Shown here: one piece after another, positions 10,071-20,316 of the stretch
How the letters are laid out: every line of letters starts with the position of its first letter
How positions within the stretch are numbered: position 1 is the first letter of the stretch
DNA from: an uncultured Methanomicrobiaceae archaeon
GTDB lineage: Archaea; Halobacteriota; Methanomicrobia; Methanomicrobiales; Methanoculleaceae
Reading direction: 5' to 3'
DNA length: 64,000 nucleotides
NCBI GenBank assembly: GCA_963826525.1
Contig: CAWGXH010000003.1
Coordinates: forward strand, 544,001 to 608,000
Notes under the pieces: model-generated
Seen by the model: the letters and a program-made list of their open reading frames with translations, nothing else
The model's database searches: none
Told to the model about the DNA's origin: nothing
Position numbers and translations under genes: made by a program

Positions 10071-11144
10071 ATGAAAGGCCTGGCAATGGTACGGATCGGG
10101 GAGATAGGATGGATAGAGAAAGACCGGCCCGCGTGCGGTCCCAGGGACGCTATTGTGAAACCGCTGGCGCTGGCGCCGTGCACTTCCGATATCCACACCG
10201 TCTGGGAAGGAGCGATCGGCGATCGGCATAATCTCATCCTGGGGCACGAAGCGCTCGGGATTGTAGACGAAGTGGGAAGCGACGTTAAGGATTTCAAACC
10301 CGGCGACCGGGTCATCGTACCGGCTATCACGCCCGATTGGGACTCGGAAGCCGCACAGCGCGGGTTCCCGTCGCAGACCGGCGGGCCCCTTGGGGGCTGG
10401 AAGTTTTCGAACTTTAAAGACGGCGTCTTCGCCGAATTTTTCCACGTGAACCTGGCAGACAGCAACCTCGCCCATCTGCCGGACGGCATGTCCCTGGAAG
10501 CAGGGGTTATGCTCCCGGATATGCTCAGTACCGGCTTTGCGGGCGCTGAAAACGCATCCATCGAGTTCGGGGCTACGGTAGCGGTCATAGGAATCGGGCC
10601 GGTCGGGCTCTGTGGTGTCGCCGGTGCGAGACTCCGGGGTGCCGGCAGAATATTCGCCGTCGGTACGAGGCCGGCCGCGATTGAAGTAGCGAAAGCGTAC
10701 GGTGCGACGGATATCATCAACTACAAGAAAGGAAATACTGCAGAACAGATTCTTGATGCAACCGGCGGAGCAGGCGTCGATGCCGTCATTATCGCCGGTG
10801 GCGGCCCTGACGTTATCATGGACGCAGTCACCATGGCGAAAGCCGGATCGGTGATCTCGAACGTGAACTACTTCGGGAAGGGAATCGGTGACAAAGATAT
10901 CCTCCCGGTTCCCCGTGTCGGGTGGGGATTCGGCATGGCGGACAAAGATATCGCGACCGGACTCTGTCCCGGCGGAAGGGTGAGAATGGAGAGGCTCGCC
11001 GAAGTCGTGATGCATGGACGCATGGACCCGTCACTCATGGCGACGCATGTCTTCAAGGGTTTCGACACGTTGGAAGAGGCGCTTCTCCTGATGAAAGAGA
11101 AGCCCCGGGACTTGATTAAACCGGTCGTTCTTCTGGACCGGTAA
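10071..11144 (+). CDS. adh: Zn-dependent, NADP-type secondary alcohol (isopropanol) dehydrogenase
   Basis: PCTSDIHTV, LGHEA, PDMLSTGF, GIGPVG, CPGGRVRMERL and KPRDLIKPVV match the Thermoanaerobacter/Clostridium beijerinckii ADH family. Confidence 0.92.
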   Translation: MKGLAMVRIGEIGWIEKDRPACGPRDAIVKPLALAPCTSDIHTVWEGAIGDRHNLILGHEALGIVDEVGSDVKDFKPGDRVIVPAITPDWDSEAAQRGFPSQTGGPLGGWKFSNFKDGVFAEFFHVNLADSNLAHLPDGMSLEAGVMLPDMLSTGFAGAENASIEFGATVAVIGIGPVGLCGVAGARLRGAGRIFAVGTRPAAIEVAKAYGATDIINYKKGNTAEQILDATGGAGVDAVIIAGGGPDVIMDAVTMAKAGSVISNVNYFGKGIGDKDILPVPRVGWGFGMADKDIATGLCPGGRVRMERLAEVVMHGRMDPSLMATHVFKGFDTLEEALLLMKEKPRDLIKPVVLLDR

Positions 11145-11231
11145 CTCACCGAACCTTTTTTCTTTCTGCAGAGATTCGCCGACCGCGTCCATCCCGCTGC
11201 CCCGGTATCGGAACAGCACCCGCCGTCTTTT

Positions 11232-11380
11232 CGCCACTCCTCCTCCGTCAGCCCGTAGAGTTCGTAGACCAGCCGGTCGGTTGCGTCGATCATCCCGGCG
11301 AGCACCTCCTTCTCATGCGGAGCCTTCGCCGCCTGGAGACGTCTGTTCAGGTCGAGCATTTCCCGGGTAATTTCTCTCAT
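11232..11380 (-). pseudogene. C-terminal remnant of a type IIG-like restriction-modification protein
   Basis: MLDLNRRLQAAK.PHEKE.L...IDATDRLVYELYGLTEEE is the typical tail of fused RM enzymes; the rest of the gene is absent. Confidence 0.65.
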
Positions 11381-11905
11381 GATCTGCTCCTGTGCGGGTG
11401 GACCAAAACGATCGCTCCCGAGGCGGCGACGCCTCAGTTCGGGCATCAGGCCGTCGGCGGGTTCCCGTAGGTAAAAGAGATGGGCGAGCGGGGTTATATG
11501 CGAACCGCGCTCAGTGAATGTGACTTATTGGGAACGGTTCCGAGGAATGCTTTATTTCGCCGCTGCCGGTGACAGCTCTCCGGCAGGATGGCCTTGATCG
11601 CCGGGAGAGTCCGGGCATCGGGGGCTGCATTCGTGAGTGCGGGTGTTTCGGAGGATATGCGTGGACGGATGTGATATCCCAGAATACCTCTGCATCCATG
11701 AGGGACCTGCCGATGGAGGGCGGACGTTCCCCGCTGCGAGAATAAACGGAGGAGATGCCACGCCTTTGCGGCACCGGCGGACTCTGCTGCGATAGCCCCT
11801 CACCTCCCCGCCTTCCTGCGGTAAGAGCACCGCCGGTACGATTCGCATGGTTTAACCCGCACCCGGAGAAACCTCCTGCTGTCACATAGTTCAGAGGCTA
11901 TTCCC

Positions 11906-13108
11906 ATGCACACCGATACCATTCCACGCACACTATCGATCCTTGTTGCGGCACTCATGCTGGTCACGCTCTGCGTTCCGGCTGCCGCCGCCCCGGCTGC
12001 CTCCTGGAACATTACCCGGCTCTCGCCGGACGCCGATGACTGTGTCATCCCGCAGATCTCGGGCGATTACGCCGTCTGGGCGGCGTATTTCAGGACCCTT
12101 GAGACAGAGAACGATACTCCCACGGGCATCGTCCTGCACGCGATCGCGACGGGCGAGAGCCGGACGCTTGCATCCTCGGAGAACGGAACGAAACCCTGGG
12201 GTCCGGACATCTCCGGCGACTCGGTGGTCTGGGTCGACGAGACGGAAGGGGACATGAAGATCCACCACTACGCGATCGGCACCGGCGCAGATACCGTACT
12301 GGCGGAGAGCGAAGACTCGCTCGGGTGGCCGTCGGTCTCCGGCGATGCCGTGATCTGGACCGAGAGCCCCGGCGGGAACCGGACCGATATCCGTCTCCAC
12401 GACCTTTCCACCGGCGAGGCAACCACCCCGGTCTCGGTCGGTGCAGAGTTTGTGCTGGCCGAGATCGACGGTGACCGGATCTGCTACCTGAACCTGGATG
12501 ACGGCATCCTGTCCGTCTATAACATCACGTCCGGGGAGACCGCCCGCATCTCGGGAGAGGGCGTAAGTCCGCTCGAATTTGCGATATCCGGAGACCGTGT
12601 CCTCTGGATGGACGAATCCGACGGTCGGAGCGATGCCGGGTTTTTCATGAACACTACCCTGTACCTCTCCTCCCTTGACACCGGGACGAACGAGGTGCTC
12701 GACCGGTCCGTCAATTTCCTGGCATCCGGCAACATGAGCGCCGACGTGAACACCTATACCATCGGCTATCCCGCTCTCGGCGGGGATACTGCCGCATGGA
12801 CCCGGAAGAGCACGGTTGCGGGAAATGATACCGCCGTCATCCAGGTCTGCGATCTTGCCGACGGCACGCAGTCGTCCCTGCTGCGGGGACGGCAGACCAG
12901 CCGCCTCGCGACGGATGACGGGAAGCTCATCTGGGAAGAGGACACCGGCGACGTGCTGAAAAACGCCATTATGCTCGCCGAAACAGGGTCGTCACCCGTC
13001 TCCGGCACACCGGCAGCACCCCCCGCCGAGGAGGCACCGGGGTTCGGCATCCTGATCTCGGCAGCCGCGCTCCTTCTCGCTTGCGTTCTCGTGAGGATGC
13101 GCAGATAA
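11906..13108 (+). CDS. Secreted beta-propeller repeat protein with PGF-CTERM sorting signal
   Basis: Signal peptide, repeated PxISGDxxVW units, C-terminal APGFG + transmembrane helix + RMRR. Confidence 0.88.
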   Translation: MHTDTIPRTLSILVAALMLVTLCVPAAAAPAASWNITRLSPDADDCVIPQISGDYAVWAAYFRTLETENDTPTGIVLHAIATGESRTLASSENGTKPWGPDISGDSVVWVDETEGDMKIHHYAIGTGADTVLAESEDSLGWPSVSGDAVIWTESPGGNRTDIRLHDLSTGEATTPVSVGAEFVLAEIDGDRICYLNLDDGILSVYNITSGETARISGEGVSPLEFAISGDRVLWMDESDGRSDAGFFMNTTLYLSSLDTGTNEVLDRSVNFLASGNMSADVNTYTIGYPALGGDTAAWTRKSTVAGNDTAVIQVCDLADGTQSSLLRGRQTSRLATDDGKLIWEEDTGDVLKNAIMLAETGSSPVSGTPAAPPAEEAPGFGILISAAALLLACVLVRMRR

Positions 13109-13384
13109 CTCCGGTCACTTTTTTTCTGCCCTGCATAAACCGTTCCATTTCAATCTCTACCACCACGGCGTGAAGGAAGGTCGACCGTGCGGCCGCGATG
13201 CATCTGCGGGCCGGCGAGGGATGGCGGATCTGCGTTGGGTGGACGTGGTGCTGCCCGACCGTTCCTCTCAGTGGAATTGGTCTTAACCTCATTATTCCGG
13301 CAGAATAACCTTATCCAGCCATCCCCTGCGAGGCGAAAACCGGCACCCATATCATCCCGCTCTCCGATCTCTTCCCGGAGCAGC

Positions 13385-14536
13385 ATGGATCTCGCCGAAT
13401 ACCGAAAGATCAATACCATCATCGAGCGGGATAGTGCCGACGCGACCTACAAGTACGCCCTCCTCCGGGGCGTCATCGAGGTCTGCCAGCAGTACCCGCA
13501 CCTCCGGGAGGACGACGGCGATGCGGTCTCGTTCCCGCTCGGGCTGCTCGTCGAGAAGTGGCTGCTCTACTACTACCCGATCTTCGCGGCAGCGACGTTC
13601 ATCCCGCAGAAGAACGGGGAGACGCCGGATCAGAACGCCGGGAAGGTGGTCTCGTTCCGGAAGTCCTTCATGCCGGTCATCGACTACTACCGCGACCGGG
13701 GCGGGGTATCGGTCTTCTACAATGACTATACCCGCGGCTCGGTCCCGGAGGAGATCCAGCCGGCGCTCCGGACGCTGGTGAAGGAGATCCGGAGCACCAT
13801 CACCACAATGCCGATGAAGCACCTCGGCTACTCGCAGTCGAAGGAGCACTACTCGGTCTTCGACTGCCCCCGGCCGCTGTACCGGCTGCCGAAGGGCCGC
13901 CCGGTCGACCGGCTCTACCTGATCGAGAACGCCGGCCGGTTCTCCCTCTCCCGCGACCTCTGCACGATCTTCGAGTACTTCGGGAGCTTCATCTCCGGGG
14001 AAGAGTGCCTGCTGAAGAAGTGGGCGGCGTTCACCGCGGCGGCGGACAAGACCGGGACCGTCACCGAGGAGTGCATGCTCTCCCTGCTCGCGAGGACGCC
14101 GACGACCGAACGGGCGATCGCGGATGCACGCGGCATCTACCGCTCGGTCTTCGCGGAGGAGGGGCGGCTGACCTGCGTCTGGTCGGGGAGATCAATACAG
14201 TCGCCGGACGCGATGCATATCGACCACGTCCTCCCCTTCTCGGTCTGGAAGAACAACGACCTCTGGAACCTGCTCCCCGCCCTCGGGCCGGTCAACGCCG
14301 AGAAGCGTGACCGGATCCCCGGCCGTTCGCTCCTGGAGTCCCGCCGGGAATGTATTACCGACTACTGGGACCTGCTCCACGACCACGCACCCCGCCCGTT
14401 CGAGCGGGAGATTGCGGTCTCGCTCCTCGGCATGCAGGGGCTGCAGAGCGGCTGGCAGGATCCGGCGTTCGAGCGCCTCGCCGAGACCTGCGCCTACTTA
14501 ATCGACGTCCGGGGGTACGCGGCATGGGCGATCTGA
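13385..14536 (+). CDS. HNH endonuclease domain protein
   Basis: N-terminal ATYKYALLR; C-terminal CVWSG, HIDHVLPFS, NDLWNLLP and N..KRD motifs; ATG at 13385 after GGAG. Confidence 0.88.
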   Translation: MDLAEYRKINTIIERDSADATYKYALLRGVIEVCQQYPHLREDDGDAVSFPLGLLVEKWLLYYYPIFAAATFIPQKNGETPDQNAGKVVSFRKSFMPVIDYYRDRGGVSVFYNDYTRGSVPEEIQPALRTLVKEIRSTITTMPMKHLGYSQSKEHYSVFDCPRPLYRLPKGRPVDRLYLIENAGRFSLSRDLCTIFEYFGSFISGEECLLKKWAAFTAAADKTGTVTEECMLSLLARTPTTERAIADARGIYRSVFAEEGRLTCVWSGRSIQSPDAMHIDHVLPFSVWKNNDLWNLLPALGPVNAEKRDRIPGRSLLESRRECITDYWDLLHDHAPRPFEREIAVSLLGMQGLQSGWQDPAFERLAETCAYLIDVRGYAAWAI

Positions 14537-14902
14537 CCTGTCCGTTCTGCAATCCGTCCCCCGAGGAGATCGCGCTCGCGAACGATCTCTGCTACGCCCG
14601 CTACGACAAGTATCCGGTGAACCCCGGCCACCTGCTGGTCATCCCCTTCCGGCACGTCGCCGGCTTCTTCGACGCGACGGACGAGGAGCAGGCCGCACTG
14701 CTGGCGCTCGTCCGGGAGGCGAAACGACTTCCTCGACGAGCGCTTCCGTCCCGACGGCTACAATATCGGCGTGAACGTCGGCGAGGCCGCCGGGCAGACG
14801 GTGATGCACCTGCACGTGCACGTCATCCCGCGGTATGCCGGGGATATGGAGGAGCCGCGGGGCGGGGTGCGAGGGGTGATTCCGGAGAAGAGGGGGTATT
14901 GA
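14524..14902 (+). CDS. HIT family protein (1-bp frameshift near 14725)
   Basis: CPFC and PVNPGHLLVIP, then in a shifted frame DGYNIGVNVGEAAGQTVMHLHVHVIPRY; start overlaps the HNH stop. Confidence 0.9.
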
Positions 14903-15252
14903 GGGGGGATCCGGTCCCGCCGGTTTACGAGAACCAGTGACAGTTCGCTCTGATCCTACGTGAGGTGATTATCGGGGGCGTTCGGGTCCGTACACTGCCG
15001 GGCATCCCCGCAGTTGCCGTTCCGGTAAAGCAACCCTTATAAACCCGCAATCCGAGCGGAATCCGCCGAAAAAAACGACCCCCACAGAAGCCCGCAGACG
15101 GCCGATCTCACGGCGAGACAGGGTATCCATCCTCCAGAAATTACTGCCGCTCATATGGCCATTATAACCCTGCGATCCTGCCGCTTTTCGGGAATCCGGC
15201 CGAGATCTGCAGGGTATCCTGGGCGGCGAAATCCGGCATCCGAAAGCGGCGG

Positions 15253-15268
15253 TAAAACCGGAAAAGAG
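15253..15268. repeat. 16-bp element, copy 2
   Basis: Identical to 5681..5696. Confidence 0.7.
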
Positions 15269-15368
15269 CGATAATTCAGGCTTATTTTTGGGCGGGAAGA
15301 GGGCGGTTCCACCCCCCCACGCCGGCACCCTCTCTTTCGAGGTCGTCGAGGGTCGCCGGCCGCATGCC

Positions 15369-18300
15369 CTACGCCATCTCATTCCGCCGCAGAAACTCCC
15401 GGATCTTCCGGGACTCAATCCAGCCCTGGTCGAGGTCATTGATATACCCGTTGATCCGCCGGACCTGCTCGCGGACCTTCTCTGCAGTCTCCGGATCGTC
15501 CATCAGATCGGCCCGGGCAAGCAGGACCTGGAGCGGGTGGCGGACATGGTCGCCGAGGATCGCGAACTGCTCCATGTTCCGCTCGATCCGGTCGTAGGCC
15601 TCCCGCCGGATCTTCTCGACCTGCTTCTGGTCGGTGACGTCGGAAGAGATGACCGCGAGCCGCTTGACCTGTCCGTCTGCGCTCCGAACCGGGAAGAGGA
15701 TGGTATCGAAGATCCTCCCCGCATACTCGTCGGTCAGCCTGGCCGGCCTGCCCGAGGCAAAGGCCTCGTCAACCTGCCTCTTCCGGGCTGCGGCGAGATC
15801 GGGCGGGAAGAGGTCGTACACGCATGTTCCGCGAAGATCTTCCGTACTCTTCCCGAACCGTGCGGCCATCGCCTCGTTCAGGGCAAGGATGGTACCGTCC
15901 CGGTCGATGAGTCTCGCGTCGTCGGGCGTCGCGTTCAGGAGCGCCCGGAACTGCTCTTCACTCTCCTGCAGGGCAAGCTCGGTCCGTTTCCGCTCGGTGA
16001 TATCGATCGCAACCTCGAGCCGCACGTCGCGCCCGTCGGGCCACCGGATGATCCGGTCGACGATGTCCACGTAGATATCGAGAATTGGGTTATAGTACTC
16101 CCACCGGTAGGGCTGCGGCTTCTGGCTGAGGATCACCTCGTTGGTGCAGAACGGGCACGGCGCCTCAAAGCCCTGGAACTCGCGGTAACATAGCCCGCCG
16201 ACAACGCTCTTCCCGAGCGCTTTTGTAAAGAAGGGGTTTGCATACAGGATCTCATAGGTCACGGGATCCGTGACGTAGACGATCTCCTCGAGGCCGTCGA
16301 AGATCGAGAGGAGCTGATCGCGCTCGAACTGCAGCATCTCCTCCACCTCCGTCTCTCCGGGGGTGGGCCGGATGGTGACCACGTGGATGCCGGGTGCTGT
16401 CCGTGCCACGGCGTTGCATTCCACTCTGACCGTGGTGCCGTCCTTCCGGAGAAGCTCGCATTCGCCCTGCAGTATGCCTCTTTCCAGGAACTCCTCCCAG
16501 AACTCGCGCCCTGCCTCCCGATCTCTGCAGATAGCAAAGACCGACCGCTGCAGCAGTTCCTCCCGGGTATACCCGAGCAGGGCAGAGGCCGCAGGATTGG
16601 TCTCCCGAAGGTCTCCGGCATCGTCCACGACGAGAACGGCATCCCTCACGAGTTCGACGATCGAGCGGAGATGTCCGCATTCCGTGTCATGGCTCCCTGC
16701 CGGGTTCTCCTCTCCCGGTGAGGGGTCCGTCCGCACCGCTGCCGCCTCGTCCTGCGGGGCTCTGGCCAGGGTGAACCGGAACGCCGCTCCTTCTCCGGGG
16801 ATGCCCGGCACCCGGTCCTCGACCCAGACCCTGCCGCCATAGTGTTCCACCAGCTTCCGGACGATATAGAGACCGAGGCCTTCGCCTCTGCCATGCCCGA
16901 GCCCCCGCTCGAACCGGCGGAAGAGCACTCCCTTCACCTCGTCCGGGATACCGGGGCCGGTGTCTTCGACCGAGACCAGCACCTCGCCGTTCAGTTCCTC
17001 CACCCGGATGGTGATCCGGACATCCGGGCCGCCGAACTTGACGGCGTTCCCTATCAGGTTCGTAAAGACCATCGAGAGAAGGCCGTCCGCGCGGACCTCG
17101 AGCGGCGGGCCGTCATAGCGGATCGACGCCGCCGGAAAAGTCCCGATCTCTTCCCGTATGACGGCGTCGAGATCTACCGGCGATAGACCGGCCGATTCCT
17201 GGTGGATCCGGCGGATGGCTCGCGACGTTCTTCAGGATCTCGGTGCTCCGCCAGATACTGTCGTGCAGCTTCTGTGCGTAGGTCTTCAGCTCGCCTTCCA
17301 GCAGCTCGAGCAGAAGATCGGCATACATCATGGAGACGTTGTTTGCGTTCCGAACATCGTGGGTGAGGATATCCAGGTACAGGTTCGCCTCCCGGTGCGC
17401 CTCGTCCAGTTCCCGGTTAACCCGGGTGAGCTCGTCGGTCTGCTCCCGGAGAGTGCCTCCGCCTGTCTGCGCTCGGTGATGTCCCGTGCCGCCGCAAAGA
17501 CGCCGGCCACCCGTCCCTGTGCGTCCCGGTACACGGTGGCGTTGAAAAGGGCGGGTGTGGTCTTTCCGTCACGGTGCCGGATCTCCATCGGGTAGTCGCG
17601 GATCTCGCCGTCAACGAGGACCTTCCGGACTCCCGCAAGCGTCTGGTCCGGGTCGGTGCTGTACCTGGAAAAATCCGTGCCGATCAGTTCGTCGCGTGTA
17701 TACCCGGTCACCTTCTCGGTAGCGGCGTTCACGTCGGTGATCTTCCCATCGGGGCTGATGGTGGCGAGCGGATCGATGCTCGCCTCGATAAGGACCCGGT
17801 TGTACGCGTTTGCATTAATCAAGGCCTCTTCTGCCTGTTTGCGCTCGGTGATGTCCCGGAAAACCACCATAATAGAAGGCCGGCCCTGGTAGAGGACGGG
17901 GGTCGCCGTGATGTCGACCCAGATTGTCCGGCCGTCAAGGGTCTGGAGTTCCTGTTCGAAGAGCGGGGTAGCCGTGCCTTCCTGCTGCCTCCGACGGATC
18001 TGCCCGACGACGAGATCGCGGTGCTCGCGGAGAGACGAAGAGATCCAGCGGTCTGCCCACGAAGTCTTCTTGCCTCTTCCCGCCTGCAATCCGGACGCAG
18101 GCAGGATTCACGTAAGCGATGACGCCGTTCCGGTGCACGACGACGGCATCCGGCATGACTTCGATCAGGGAACGGTAGCGCTCCTCGCTCTCCCGGAGGG
18201 CGTCCTCCATCCTTTTTCGGTCGGAGATATCCTCGATCATGCCGATCATGGACTGCGGACTCCCCTCGGCGTCCCGGATGAGGGACGCCGTCAGCATTCC

Positions 18301-19695
18301 CCAGAGGATCTGCCCGTCTTCCGTCACGTAGCGCTTCTCCAGCTGGTAGGTGTCGATCTCTCCGGCACCGAGGGACGCCGCGAGCGTCATGTCTTCCGAT
18401 AGGTCGCCCGGGTAGGTGATATAGGCAAGATGTCTGCCGCGGAGCGTATCCGGACGGTACCCGAGCATCTCCTGGAAGGCCGGGTTGCTATCGATGATGC
18501 ATCCGTCCAGCCCCACGAGAACAATACCGATCCCGGACCTCTCGTAGATGCCGCGGAACCGTTCCTCACTCTCCCGGAGCGCCCTCTCTCCTGCCGTACG
18601 CTCCCGGATATCGATGCCGATCCCCACCCGGGTATCGTCGGAGAGACGGATGTTTGCCCAGGAACTCTCGACGAGGGAACCGTCCTTTGCGGTCAATGCA
18701 AAGTCCCGCCACCCCGGTTCCAGTGACTGCATGAACCGGCCGACCATCGCCCGGTACCCGGGGTCGGGATAGCATAACGCCATGATATCGCCGCCGCTTG
18801 CGTCTTCCTCCGTCCAGCCCAGTGTCTCGCGCAACGCGCGATTGAACCGGCACGTTTTCAGGTTCGGATCAGGAGATCGCGATCATCACCGGGATCGTAT
18901 CGACGATCGTCTGCAACAGCTCGTGCTTGTGCGCCAGTTCCCGCTCCGCCCTTTTGCGGTCGGTGATGTCGCGAGAGACCGTCAGGACCCGCTCGACCCT
19001 GCCCGAAGGGCCGGGAATCGGGACTGAGATGTACTCGCTGTACTCGATATCCCGTACTACGGCATGGCGAACCTCTCCCCGCACCCCTCTTCCGGTGGCG
19101 AAGACCTCCCGGACCTTCTCGAAGTACGGGCCTGCCCCTCCATCGAAAACCCGAGTTCCTCCCAGGTCTTTCCCACCATCTCGCGCGGTTCCCGTCCGAG
19201 TTTACGGGCGAACTCCCTATCGACGTGGACATACCGGAGGTCCCGATCCAGGATATTCACCGTCTCCGGCAGGTATGAAAGGATGGTTGCCAGCACCTCC
19301 TGCTCGCCGCCGGGCCCGGGAAGATCCTGCAGGCGGACGAGGTGCATGCGATCATCCTCTCCGGTCCTGCTGGAGTATTGGATCCGCCGCTCTCTGCCGT
19401 CTGAGGCCCTGATGGTGCAGGCAAGGGCGGGGAGTTCGACCCGGTCCTGCAGCGACGCCGAGATCGCCCATCGGCACTCCTCTTCGACGATCCGGGGCAG
19501 AAGAAACCGGTTTACGAACTCCCCGGCGTCGCTGCCGATGAGGGTGTCCCGGTCGACCTCGAGACAGTGCTGTAGTGCTCTGTTGATCCAGACGATACGG
19601 TTCTTTGGACCTACCAGCAGCACGCCCTCATCAAGCAGGTCGAGGATCTGCGGGGCCAGCCCGGGTTTGGCGGAAACGCCAGGGAATGGTGTCAT
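15369..19695 (-). CDS. Large multi-PAS histidine kinase fused to PAS x3 and a DHp-like tail (about 5 frameshifts)
   Basis: Series of PAS domains across ORFs 19057-19695, 18869-19084, 17935-18834 and 17328-18089; H-box DILTHDVRN near 17360; HATPase continues in frame into PAS domains and GDHVRHPLQV...GWIESRKIREFLRR. Confidence 0.8.
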
Positions 19696-19897
19696 CGGCA
19701 GGGCTCCACGTGCACGTAAATTACCTTTCGTTATTGTTTATTTATAGTTGTGGAAATCCGTTACCCGGGAAGGATCTGCCCCCGCTAGTGCCTTCAATCA
19801 TCAGTCGCAGAGATTCGGCACGTACACAGCGTCATGCTCCTCACCGCGGGGAGATTCACTTCACCCGGCGGGCAGGGGGGCAGAACCGCCCCTGCAT

Positions 19898-20150
19898 TCA
19901 CCCCGTCAGCCCCGCTCTCCTCTTCTTGATCCCCTCTCCCAGGATTATCGCCGTGACGGCGGATATGGTGAGGAGCAGGACCCTCGTCCGCGACCAGGAG
20001 AATGGCGGTCAGGGGCGCACCCATGGCAAGGGCGAGAGCGGAGGTCTCGATGCAGAGGACGCCGATCGAGACCGGCAGGAACGGTAAGAGCAGGTTCGCG
20101 GCAGGCCCGATCAGTGTTGCGGAGAAGAAGATGGGGAGGAGGGACCGTCG
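19898..20150 (-). pseudogene. Membrane protein fragment, possibly a ClC chloride-channel C-terminus
   Basis: LLPIFFSATLIG.AANLLLPFLP..GVLC.....MGAPLTAILLV, then shifted LLTISAVTAIILG. Confidence 0.4.
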
Positions 20151-20316
20151 ATAAACCCGCTCCGGAACGCGAGCGCGAACAGGATTCACAGAAATGGTAT
20201 CGATCTGCTGAAGACCGGGCCGGGACGTCGCCGGTCTCATCGCGTACCGGACCATGCCCGCATGATGCCGCACGAACTGGAAAAAGTGGATAATCCGCAC
20301 CTGCAGTGCCCGGCCG

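Noticed and set aside
14940-15360. Possible small RNA behind a TATA-like CTTATAAA near 15036
   Set aside because: A single weak promoter-like word with no recognisable RNA structure.
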